A stretch of 64,000 nucleotides of DNA from Nitrospirota bacterium (GTDB lineage Bacteria > Nitrospirota > Thermodesulfovibrionia > Thermodesulfovibrionales > Dissulfurispiraceae). The notes below the pieces were generated by a model, which saw only the letters and a list, made by a program, of their open reading frames with translations, was not told the DNA's origin and searched no databases. Position 1 is the stretch's first letter. Every line of letters begins with the position of its first letter. The stretch lies in contig CAVPZX010000003.1 in NCBI GenBank assembly GCA_963710375.1, positions 288,001-352,000 on the forward strand. Reading direction: 5' to 3'. A program made the translations under genes and the position numbers. This document shows, piece after piece, positions 47,150 through 55,332 of this stretch.

Positions 47150-48448
47150 ATGCGATATTATCTTGCAAACAATTTTGTGCTCAAACAGCTCGAGACTCCG
47201 GCCCTTTATGATATCAAGGGAGATGAATTGTATGAGCTTGATGAACAGGCCTTTGAATTTCTAAAAAAATGCTCGGAGTCCGAAGGCTGCAGCGGCCATA
47301 GTGCGGACAAAGAATTTCTCGCGTATTGCATTTCAGAAGGGATCTTGTCTGACACGCCTGTTAAGGTCCGCGTCCCGCACGCTGCATTTCGACCTGCTAT
47401 TTCAGCTTTCCCCTCGCTGCGTTATCTCGATCTCCAAATCACCGACCGGTGCAATCTGAGATGCAAGCACTGCTATATCGATAATGCTGAACAAAACGAA
47501 CTTTCACCAGGTTTAATAAGGGAGATCCTGGATGAATTTGAGCTGATGCAGGGTGTGCGCTTATTGATCACGGGAGGAGAGCCAATAGCTCATCGTGATT
47601 TTGACTCTGTTAATGCGCTGCTTCCCGGATATGGATTCAGAAAGATTTTATTTACTAACGGCCTTCTCCTGGACAAAAAGGTGGTGCGAACGCTCAATGT
47701 CGATGAAATACAGTTCAGTGTAGACGGAATGGAGCATGGACATAACGCGCTTAGAGGGGATGGCACCTACAGAAAAGTGATGAAGTCGATCGAGGGTGCG
47801 CAGGCTTTGGGCATAGCGGTTTCTGTGGCAAGCATGGTACACGGCGAGAATGTCGGAGAATTTCCGGCAATGGAAGCGCTTTTTAAAGACATGGGAGTTA
47901 AGGACTGGACTGTTGACGTGCCCTGCATTGCCGGTCACCTTAAACACAATGCGCTCTTTCATGTGCTGCCCGCCGAAGCGGGGCAATACCTGAATTATGG
48001 TTTCGGAGGCGGCCTGCATGGCGGCGGCGACGGGTATGCTTGCGGGCTGCACCTTTTGTCGGTGCTTGCGAACGGTGCAGTTTCCAAATGCGCCTTTTAT
48101 GCCCATTCTCCGCTGGGCAATGTAAGTGAGGGCTTGCGAAAGTGCTGGACACGGCTGAAACCGGTGAAATTGGAAACATTGCAGTGCGCAGGGGTCCACT
48201 GCCAGGTTATCGAAGAGTGCAGGGGGGGGTGCAGATTCCGGGCATCCGTTACCCCGGGTGATTGCTTACCAGCTGCTCTATCTCAGGACATACAAAGTGA
48301 AGCGGCGCAAAACAGGAGAGATATTTACAAATGTTTTGCCTATGGTATAATTAATCCATCGGGGCTTGAAGCCCTGCACGAAGGCCCCTCAAAAGAGTCT
48401 GTTATTTTTCCGGGCTGGAATGAACTCCCGAGAAGAGGAGGTGTTTGA
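47150..48448 (+). CDS. Radical SAM/SPASM protein with an N-terminal RRE/PqqD-like extension
   Basis: CNLRCKHC, ITGGEP; SPASM region CG...V..NG.V..C...GNV...C-X4-C-X5-CRGGC...C; ~85-aa N-terminal domain LYDIKGDELYELDEQA.EFL..C. Confidence 0.9.
   Translation: MRYYLANNFVLKQLETPALYDIKGDELYELDEQAFEFLKKCSESEGCSGHSADKEFLAYCISEGILSDTPVKVRVPHAAFRPAISAFPSLRYLDLQITDRCNLRCKHCYIDNAEQNELSPGLIREILDEFELMQGVRLLITGGEPIAHRDFDSVNALLPGYGFRKILFTNGLLLDKKVVRTLNVDEIQFSVDGMEHGHNALRGDGTYRKVMKSIEGAQALGIAVSVASMVHGENVGEFPAMEALFKDMGVKDWTVDVPCIAGHLKHNALFHVLPAEAGQYLNYGFGGGLHGGGDGYACGLHLLSVLANGAVSKCAFYAHSPLGNVSEGLRKCWTRLKPVKLETLQCAGVHCQVIEECRGGCRFRASVTPGDCLPAALSQDIQSEAAQNRRDIYKCFAYGIINPSGLEALHEGPSKESVIFPGWNELPRRGGV
48324..48351 (+). 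promoter_or_regulatory. Possible internal promoter for the downstream peptide
   Basis: TTTACA-N16-TATAAT with TGn extension near the 3' end of the radical SAM gene. Confidence 0.45.
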
Positions 48449-48449
48449 T

Positions 48450-48512
48450 ATGGTGATCAAGAAGATCGCAAAAAAAACAGCAACCACGTGTAAGTGCAAG
48501 GGCTCCTGTTAA
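48450..48512 (+). CDS. 20-aa Cys-rich peptide MVIKKIAKKTATTCKCKGSC, putative radical SAM-modified precursor
   Basis: Strong SD GAGGAGGTG a few nt upstream; starts 1 nt after the SPASM gene stop; below the ORF-track size cutoff. Confidence 0.75.
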   Translation: MVIKKIAKKTATTCKCKGSC

Positions 48513-48574
48513 AGGCTTAAAAGAGTTTATACGAGTGACCCTGAGGGTTATCGGTCGGGGGGCGGGTGTATTTA

Positions 48575-48754
48575 GGGCTCGCGAATAAATAACTTGCACA
48601 TTGATGCATCTCAGATTCAGGCCATCTTTGTCCGATCCTCGGTCGCAAAATTCTCAACGTAGCTATGCTACGCCTGCGGTTTTGCTCAGTCGGATCAGCC
48701 AAATCTGACACAAATCTGAGCGCCTGAATGCACAAGTAATTTATTCGCGAGCCC
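48575..48754 (-). mobile_element. MITE-like element, family A (copy 2)
   Basis: Inverted near-identical copy of 14519-14698; flanked by TTA and TCA. Confidence 0.9.
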
Positions 48755-48818
48755 TCAGCCCCCCATTTATTTTGTCAAATCCTTTATATTTGTCATATAC
48801 CTGTGCGATAATAAAAAA

Positions 48819-50567
48819 ATGTACAAGATGAAACTATATTTTGCGGTGCTTGCAGTATCGGTCCTCTGCATCTTATCATGCGCTCCCCTGCAACAGCAGG
48901 CGAGCTCGGTTAAAGAGCCTCCTGCAGAAAAATTGCAGCCTGGTGCTGAGAAAGGATATTTGGAATACATGCTCGGCTATGAGGCTGAAATTGACGGCAA
49001 TTGGGAGGCTGCCCTGGAACATTATAGCGCAGCCTACAAACTCGACCCTTCGGCAGTCTACTTAAAGACGCAGATAGGCTCCATGATGGTGAAGCTCGGA
49101 AGATATGCGGAGGCAACCGCGAAGCTGGAGGAGGTAGTGAAGGCAAGCCCCGATTATGTTCCAGCCCTTATGCTGCTGGGTGACTTGTATAACTCTCAGA
49201 AGAAGATCGATGAAGCTATAGATATTTATGAAAAGGTGATAAAAATATCTCCGGACAAAAACGATGCGGCTCTGTTCCTGGGAGTCCTTTACCTGTCTAA
49301 AGGAGAGCCCAAAAAGGCTGAACTCATTCTTGATGAAATCATTAAAAGAGACGCTGATAATGTCATGGCACTATACTATCTCGGCACGATCAGTCTTGAG
49401 AGGAAGGATTTTAAAAAATCTGATACGTTGTTTAAAAAAGTAATAGAGCTTCGGCCGACCTTTGACGCAGCTTATGTGAGCCTTGGCCTTTCCAGTGAAA
49501 TAAGGAACGATACGAAGTCTGCCGAAGAATACTACAATAAAGCGCTCGAAGTTAATCCCAATAATCCTTTCGCAAGCGAGAGGCTTACTCAGCTTTACGT
49601 GACCGAGAAATCATATGATAAGGCTATTAAGGAACTCGATCATCTGCTGGAACAGGCTCCAACAAATGTGGATATTCACCAACAGCTCGGTCTCCTCTAT
49701 CTTCAGGATAAACAATATGAGCAGGCCCTCTCCGAGTTCAGGATTGTCCTTGCGGCCAGGCCGCTTGATATAACTCTCCGATATTATGTTGTGGTGACAC
49801 TCGATGAAATGAACAAGCTCGATGAGGCAATTGTCGAACTGAAGAAAATTCTCGATATTGATCCCAAGAACTTCAATGCGTTCATGACGCTCGGAGCTAT
49901 TTATTCAAAGCAGAACAATCACCCCGAGGCGATAAAGATCTACGAGGAAGTTCTCAGTTTTGAAAAGAATAAGCCTGAAGTCTATGTTTACCTCGGCGCT
50001 ACCTATGTGGAGATGAAAGAATATGCGAAGGCGGAGAGAATTTTTCAGGATGCCCTCAAGCTCTTTCCCGATAACGCTGACTTGCTTTTCAATATGGCCA
50101 TACTCTTTGAAAAAACCGGAAGGTTCGATGATATGGTGACAGCGCTGAAGCGTACGATCGAGCTGGACCCTAAGAACGCGGAGGCATTGAATTACCTGGG
50201 TTACAGTTATGCCGATAAGGGAATAAAGCTTAAAGAGGCATTGTCGCTTGTACAGCGGGCCATTGAGCTGAAACCTGACAGCGGCTATATCGTGGACAGC
50301 CTTGGATGGGTATATTTCAAGATGGGACGGCTGGAAGAGGCACTGCAGACTCTGAAGAAGGCTGTAAATCTTGTGAAGGATGATCCTGTGCTGAATGAGC
50401 ATGTTGGCGATGTCTATGCGGCAATGGGCAAGTATGCTGATGCGCTCAATGCCTGGAATACGTCGCTCCGGTTCGAGTCCAAAGAGGAGGGCTTAAAAGA
50501 GCGCGTGGAGGCGAAAATAAGAAAATTGCAAAACAAAAAAAATCAATCGGAGAAACCAAAAGAATGA
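48819..50567 (+). CDS. TPR-repeat lipoprotein
   Basis: Lipobox ILS-C; many TPRs; ALNYLGYSYAD and DSLGWVYFK motifs typical of the TPR gene found upstream of ispE. Confidence 0.9.
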   Translation: MYKMKLYFAVLAVSVLCILSCAPLQQQASSVKEPPAEKLQPGAEKGYLEYMLGYEAEIDGNWEAALEHYSAAYKLDPSAVYLKTQIGSMMVKLGRYAEATAKLEEVVKASPDYVPALMLLGDLYNSQKKIDEAIDIYEKVIKISPDKNDAALFLGVLYLSKGEPKKAELILDEIIKRDADNVMALYYLGTISLERKDFKKSDTLFKKVIELRPTFDAAYVSLGLSSEIRNDTKSAEEYYNKALEVNPNNPFASERLTQLYVTEKSYDKAIKELDHLLEQAPTNVDIHQQLGLLYLQDKQYEQALSEFRIVLAARPLDITLRYYVVVTLDEMNKLDEAIVELKKILDIDPKNFNAFMTLGAIYSKQNNHPEAIKIYEEVLSFEKNKPEVYVYLGATYVEMKEYAKAERIFQDALKLFPDNADLLFNMAILFEKTGRFDDMVTALKRTIELDPKNAEALNYLGYSYADKGIKLKEALSLVQRAIELKPDSGYIVDSLGWVYFKMGRLEEALQTLKKAVNLVKDDPVLNEHVGDVYAAMGKYADALNAWNTSLRFESKEEGLKERVEAKIRKLQNKKNQSEKPKE

Positions 50568-50699
50568 ATCGGAGACTCGGAGAATCGGAGAATCGGGGAA
50601 AAGTCAAAAAACTGGTTTATGTAGTTGCGCCGATTCGCCGATTCACCGACTCACCGATTCAGCCTTTCCCCGATTCCCCGATTCTCCGATTCAATCTTT
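50559..50699. repeat. Octamer tandem-repeat hairpin (GAATCGGA / TCCGATTC)
   Basis: gaatcgga-gactcgga-gaatcgga-gaatcggg ... ccgattcg-ccgattca-ccgactca...ctccgattc; the outer arms aaagaatgaatcggaga and tctccgattcaatcttt pair. Confidence 0.85.
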
Positions 50700-51554
50700 A
50701 TGATTACCGTAAAAGCACCTGCCAAAATTAACTGGTCCCTGTTTGTGCTGGATAAAAGAGATGACGGCTACCATAATATTCTCTCTTTGCTGCACTGTAT
50801 CGGGCTTTATGATATCCTCCAATTCGAACTTGCCGATACCCTGATCCTTGAATCAGATCTGGATATTCCATACGACCGGAACCTTGTCTATAAGGCGGCA
50901 TCCCTGCTGAAAAATCATTCAGGGACCGAGAAGGGGGCGAGAATTATACTCAGGAAGGAGATTCCTTCTGGGGCTGGGCTCGGCGGCGGCAGCAGCGATG
51001 CGGCATGCACGCTTATGGCGCTCAATAATCTCTGGGAACTGGACTTTGGCAAAACTGAACTTAAGGCCCTCGGGAGTGTCTTAGGCTCTGATGTCCCTTT
51101 CTTCTTTGAGGGTCCGCTGGCCGCAGCAGAAGGCCGGGGTGAGCAACTGACCAGTTTGCCGGTTGCCAGGTCCTATGTCCTTCTGCTGGTTAAAGCCGAT
51201 TGTTCCGTTTCCACCTCATGGGCTTATGGTGCTCTTAACAGGGAAGGGAAAGGCAAAATCGCAAAAATAGAGAATAAAAAAAATAATATTCAGTTAATAT
51301 ATCGCGCTCTTGCCTCGGGTGATATTTCTAGTATTGCAGGAAATGTGCATAATGATTTCGAAGATGCCGTCATACGGCACTATCCGGTAATAGGGGCTGT
51401 TAAAGAGCGGTTGTTAAAGAACGGTGCTGTTATGGCGCATATGAGCGGCAGTGGTTCAACCGTATTCGGTCTTTTTAATGATGAAAGCGGGGCGCTGAAG
51501 GCCTCGGGGAATTTTCAGTCATACTTCTGCAGGGTGGTAAAGACTTTGACGTAA
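50700..51554 (+). CDS. ispE: 4-diphosphocytidyl-2C-methyl-D-erythritol kinase
   Basis: APAKINW.L, DGYH, KEIPSGAGLGGGSSDAA, LGSDVPFF, MSGSGSTVF. Confidence 0.97.
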   Translation: MITVKAPAKINWSLFVLDKRDDGYHNILSLLHCIGLYDILQFELADTLILESDLDIPYDRNLVYKAASLLKNHSGTEKGARIILRKEIPSGAGLGGGSSDAACTLMALNNLWELDFGKTELKALGSVLGSDVPFFFEGPLAAAEGRGEQLTSLPVARSYVLLLVKADCSVSTSWAYGALNREGKGKIAKIENKKNNIQLIYRALASGDISSIAGNVHNDFEDAVIRHYPVIGAVKERLLKNGAVMAHMSGSGSTVFGLFNDESGALKASGNFQSYFCRVVKTLT

Positions 51555-51578
51555 TCTGCAATTCAGACAGAACAGGGT
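51555..51578. mobile_element. Solo family B left end
   Basis: tctgcaattcagacagaacagggt versus tctgcaattcagacagtacggggt at 28782. Confidence 0.7.
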
Positions 51579-51580
51579 AT

Positions 51581-52522
51581 TCACCACTTCCAGCGAATGA
51601 CCCTCAACCCGCTTTCCCGTTTATCAAGCCTGGTAATACCTTCTTCGCGGGCAGCCCTCAAAGCCTCATCATATTCATCGCGGGTTATGCTCCGGTCCAA
51701 AAGAGGGTATTTACCGGCATTGCCGCAAGACCGGTATTGGTCCATTATATTCACATATGTATTCGGAGATATGTCCCTGGCAATAAAACGCATGATATCT
51801 CTTGTCCCTGCTGCGCCTCCAGGCATTATAAGGTGTCGCAGCAGTACCCCCCTTAGCGCAATCCCGTTTTCATCCAGGGTGAGATCTCCGACCTGGCGAT
51901 GCATTTCTCTTATCGCTTCCCTGGCCCTCTCAGGATAGTCAGGGGCCTTCAGACAGATACGGGCCAACTCAGGGTCCCAGAATTTAAAATCAGGCATGTA
52001 GATATCAAATATCCCTTCCAGGAGTCTGAGGGTCTCAACGGAATCATATGCGCCTGTATTGTAGACCAGGGGCACATTCAGACCGCCTTCTACAGCATAG
52101 TTCAAAGCGTCCAGTATTTGAGGGACCACATGGGTTGGAGTGACAAAGTTTATGTTGTGGCATCCCTGCCCCTGAAGATCAAGCATCATCCGGGCAAGCG
52201 TTTCCGGGTGTACCGCGTTTCCAGAGCCCAAATGGCTGATTTCCCAGTTCTGGCAAAAAACGCACAGGAGATTACAGTTGGTCACAAATATGGTCCCTGA
52301 CCCGTTCGTCCCCACCAAGGGGTCCTCTTCACCGAAATGAGGACTATAACTTGAGACCATTGCCAACCGGCCTGTGCGGCAAACACCCTTTTCATCATTC
52401 ATTCTGTTGACTTCACACTCCCGCGGGCAGAGCCGGCAATTCTCCAGTATCTTGTATGCCTTCCCGAGACTGTCGGCAAGCTTTCCCGTTCGATGGGCCT
52501 CTATATAGGACGGTATAAACAT
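51581..52522 (-). CDS. PflX-like radical SAM protein
   Basis: CRLCPREC.VNR, HFGEEDPL.G..GSGTIF, CNLLCVFCQN, NINFVTPTH, YMPDFK. Confidence 0.9.
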   Translation of the reverse strand: MFIPSYIEAHRTGKLADSLGKAYKILENCRLCPRECEVNRMNDEKGVCRTGRLAMVSSYSPHFGEEDPLVGTNGSGTIFVTNCNLLCVFCQNWEISHLGSGNAVHPETLARMMLDLQGQGCHNINFVTPTHVVPQILDALNYAVEGGLNVPLVYNTGAYDSVETLRLLEGIFDIYMPDFKFWDPELARICLKAPDYPERAREAIREMHRQVGDLTLDENGIALRGVLLRHLIMPGGAAGTRDIMRFIARDISPNTYVNIMDQYRSCGNAGKYPLLDRSITRDEYDEALRAAREEGITRLDKRESGLRVIRWKW

Positions 52523-52576
52523 AATTTCCCTTTAATACATTAAGTATATCACCTATGATTCCGGCAGATGAAGCAC

Positions 52577-52756
52577 GCCTTGTTAGTGGGCCGGTTCGTT
52601 TTTGCTCTGTATCACCTGGGTTATCAGTAGTGGGCGAGTAACGCCGAGCCCACATATATAGAAGTGGCGACGACAGAAAATGCCCAATATAGGCTAGTGA
52701 TTGAATTGAACGGATAATTGATACAGAGCAAAAACGAACCGGCCCACTAACAAGGC
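52577..52756 (-). mobile_element. MITE-like element, family C (copy 2)
   Basis: Long perfect TIR gccttgttagtgggccggttcgtttttgctctgtatca; inverted homolog of 22786-22958. Confidence 0.88.
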
Positions 52757-52884
52757 CTTTTTTATATTGAGAATTAAGTGTCAGTGGTGGTAAAATATTT
52801 ATTCTTAGTGACTTACATAATATAATTATCTTTTCAGCAGGGAGTATTCGGAGTTTATTGTTATTAGGCTAAGTTATTGATTTC

Positions 52885-52956
52885 TGGGGCGTCAACAAGC
52901 GGCAAGTCAGCAGATTTTGGATCTGCCATTCCCAGGTTCGAATCCTGGCGCCCCAG
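52885..52956 (+). tRNA. tRNA-Gln (anticodon TTG)
   Basis: Acceptor stem tggggcg/cgcccca, anticodon arm gcaga-ttTTGga-tctgc, T arm ccagg-ttcgaat-cctgg; CCA not encoded; usual position before prs. Confidence 0.95.
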
Positions 52957-53052
52957 TCCTTATGTAGCGATTTGTTTAGTATGCTAAAATAATGGTTCAT
53001 TTAAGCAGCCGGCATGCAGCAAGAGAAAAAAGAGCAGCATTAATTTTAGGGG

Positions 53053-54000
53053 GTGGAAATGCCAAACGGTATTAAACTGCTTACGGGAAATGCGAACAGA
53101 CCGCTGGCGGCCAGGGTAAGCGAACAGTGCGGTATCCCTTTGACCGACACCACAGTGAATACATTCAGCGATGGTGAAATAACTGTGCAAATTAACGAGA
53201 ACATCAGGGGGTCCGATGTTTTTGTTATCCAGCCCACCTGCTGCCATGTTAACCACAACATCATGGAGCTGCTTCTTATCATTGATGCGCTGAAAAGGGC
53301 ATCGGCGAGCAGGATAACTGCTGTGATGCCTTATTACGGCTATGCCAGACAGGACAGAAAAGTCCAGCCAAGGGTCCCGATTTCTTCCAAGTTGGTGGCT
53401 GACCTGCTTACTGCGGCAGGGACGAACAGGGTTATTACTATTGATCTGCATGCAGCTCAGATACAGGGTTTTTTCAATATTCCGGTTGACCACTTGTATG
53501 CCGCGCCTGTGTTGTATGATTACATAAAAAAAAGGAGATTTGACGATCTTGTCATTGTTTCTCCGGATGCCGGCGGTGTTGAGCGTGCGCGCTCTTTTGC
53601 CAAAAGGCTCGATGCTTCTCTCGCCATTATTGATAAGCGGCGCGAAGCAGCCAACGTCTCAAAGGTGATGAATGTAATCGGGAACGTGAAGGACCGCGAT
53701 GTTATTATCCTCGATGATATGATCGATACGGCAGGCACAATAACTCAGGCAGCCCAGGCACTCCAGGACAACGGAGCCAAAAAGGTGTGTGCTGCATGCT
53801 CCCATGGGGTATTGTCAGGTCCCGCAATAGACAGAATAAATAATTCTGTTCTTGAAGAACTGATTACTACAGACACGATTCCCCTCGAAGAGAAGACGAA
53901 GGTTTGCAAGAAGCTCACAGTATTAAATATTTCCAAACTTCTTGCTGAGGCAATAAAAAGAATACATGAGGAAACATCGGTCAGTTCGCTGTTCGATTAA
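53053..54000 (+). CDS. prs: Ribose-phosphate pyrophosphokinase
   Basis: FSDGEI, PYYGYARQDR, DLHA.QIQGFF, VSPDAGGVERA, DDMIDTAGT. Start at 53053 or 53059. Confidence 0.98.
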   Translation: MEMPNGIKLLTGNANRPLAARVSEQCGIPLTDTTVNTFSDGEITVQINENIRGSDVFVIQPTCCHVNHNIMELLLIIDALKRASASRITAVMPYYGYARQDRKVQPRVPISSKLVADLLTAAGTNRVITIDLHAAQIQGFFNIPVDHLYAAPVLYDYIKKRRFDDLVIVSPDAGGVERARSFAKRLDASLAIIDKRREAANVSKVMNVIGNVKDRDVIILDDMIDTAGTITQAAQALQDNGAKKVCAACSHGVLSGPAIDRINNSVLEELITTDTIPLEEKTKVCKKLTVLNISKLLAEAIKRIHEETSVSSLFD

Positions 54001-54001
54001 A

Positions 54002-54075
54002 AATGATAATTAACAATTATGAATTAGGAATTGGTGAGGAAAAAATACTTTTAATTCTTAATTCTTAATTTCGTT
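54002..54075. repeat. Heptamer tandem-repeat hairpin (AATTA..G / TAATTCT)
   Basis: taattaacaattatgaattaggaatt ... ttaattcttaattcttaattt between prs and rplY. Confidence 0.7.
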
Positions 54076-54090
54076 AGAAAAGGAGGATGC

Positions 54091-54741
54091 GTGGAAAAGG
54101 TCACATTAAATGTAGAAAAAAGAGGTAGACTAGGGAAAGGCGGAGCGCGCTCATTAAGAGCTGGAGGGTCTATACCTGCCGTGGTCTACAAGGGTGGAAA
54201 TTCGCTTTCTGTGCAGCTTTCAGGGAAAGAGCTTTCATACTTTATAAGTAAAACAGCCGGAGAGCAGGTCATTGTAAATCTCAATTTCCAGGGTGATACG
54301 AAACAGGCGATACTTAAGGAGTACCAGGTTGACCCGATAAGCGGGAAGCTGCTGCACGTGGACTTCCAGGAAATTTCTGCAACTGAATTGATTAAAGTTA
54401 TGGTCCATGTTGTTATCCAGGGTGAGGCCATCGGTGTCAAGAGAGACAAGGGAGTGCTTCAGCACGGACTCAGAGAAGTGGAAATAGAGTGCTTGCCCGA
54501 CAAAATACCCGGACACTTTGTCATCGATGTTAGTGAGCTTACTATCGGTCACGCGATCCATGTGAGGGACATAAAACCGGGAGAGGGCATTCGTATCATA
54601 ACAGAGCCCCATGAGGTGCTGGCTTCTGTCATAGGCATTAAAGAGGAAGTGGTCGCTCCTGAAGCGGTTGCAGTTGCCGAACCGGTCGAGCCTGAGGTCA
54701 TTAAGAGGGGCAAGAAGACCGAAGAGGAAGAGAAAAAATAG
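54091..54741 (+). CDS. rplY: 50S ribosomal protein L25 (CTC type)
   Basis: GKGGARSLR...IPAVVY, Q.DP....LHVDF, GG/GVLQ, CLP..IP; SD AAGGAGG. Confidence 0.97.
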   Translation: MEKVTLNVEKRGRLGKGGARSLRAGGSIPAVVYKGGNSLSVQLSGKELSYFISKTAGEQVIVNLNFQGDTKQAILKEYQVDPISGKLLHVDFQEISATELIKVMVHVVIQGEAIGVKRDKGVLQHGLREVEIECLPDKIPGHFVIDVSELTIGHAIHVRDIKPGEGIRIITEPHEVLASVIGIKEEVVAPEAVAVAEPVEPEVIKRGKKTEEEEKK

Positions 54742-55332
54742 TTGTGGATTATCGCTGGTCTTGGCAATCCTGGAAACAAGTATGAAAAAACCCGGCATAA
54801 TGTCGGGTTTATGGTAATAGACAAGCTTGCGGATCAATACGGGATCGTTCTGGAAGAAAAGGGTTCTTATTGTCTGGGCAAGGGGTCGATTGAGGGACAA
54901 GCAGTAGTACTCCTGAAGCCACTTACGTTTATGAACAGAAGCGGCAGCGCAGTCTCAAAAGTACTTAAAAAGCTCAATACCTTTCCGGGATCACTAATAG
55001 TAGTGCATGATGACCTTGATCTCGATACCGCTGTTATAAAGCTTAAAAAGACCGGGGCCTCCGGAGGACATAAAGGCATCGAATCCATTATTCAGGAGAC
55101 CGGGACGAGGGATTTCTTCAGAGTGAAAGTGGGTATCGGGCGTAATCCCGATATCCCTGCCGATGTGTATGTCTTGAGTAATTTGAAACCATTTGAAAAA
55201 AGTATCATAAAAGATGCTATAATAAAAGCTGTGGATGCTGTTGCCGCGATAGTTACTGTGGGAATTGACAGAGCAATGACCAGGTATAACCGAGCACTGC
55301 GGGGACCTCAGATGCCCGGACAACAAGAATGA
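54742..55332 (+). CDS. pth: Peptidyl-tRNA hydrolase
   Basis: GLGNPG..Y..TRHNVGF, KP.TFMN.SG, HDDLD, GGH.G. Confidence 0.97.
   Translation: MWIIAGLGNPGNKYEKTRHNVGFMVIDKLADQYGIVLEEKGSYCLGKGSIEGQAVVLLKPLTFMNRSGSAVSKVLKKLNTFPGSLIVVHDDLDLDTAVIKLKKTGASGGHKGIESIIQETGTRDFFRVKVGIGRNPDIPADVYVLSNLKPFEKSIIKDAIIKAVDAVAAIVTVGIDRAMTRYNRALRGPQMPGQQE

Noticed and set aside
48450..48560. Selenocysteine read-through of the small peptide
   Set aside because: The ORF ends in TAA, not TGA.
48517..48735. 72-aa ORF matching the GspI1 N-terminus
   Set aside because: It is the reading frame of the family A MITE, not an independent gene.
50625..50699. N-terminal extension of IspE (RFADSPTHRFS...)
   Set aside because: It is a translation of octamer repeats; the family start matches ATG 50700.
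52885..53050. Integrative element at tRNA-Gln
   Set aside because: No integrase and no duplicated tRNA 3' end in the window.
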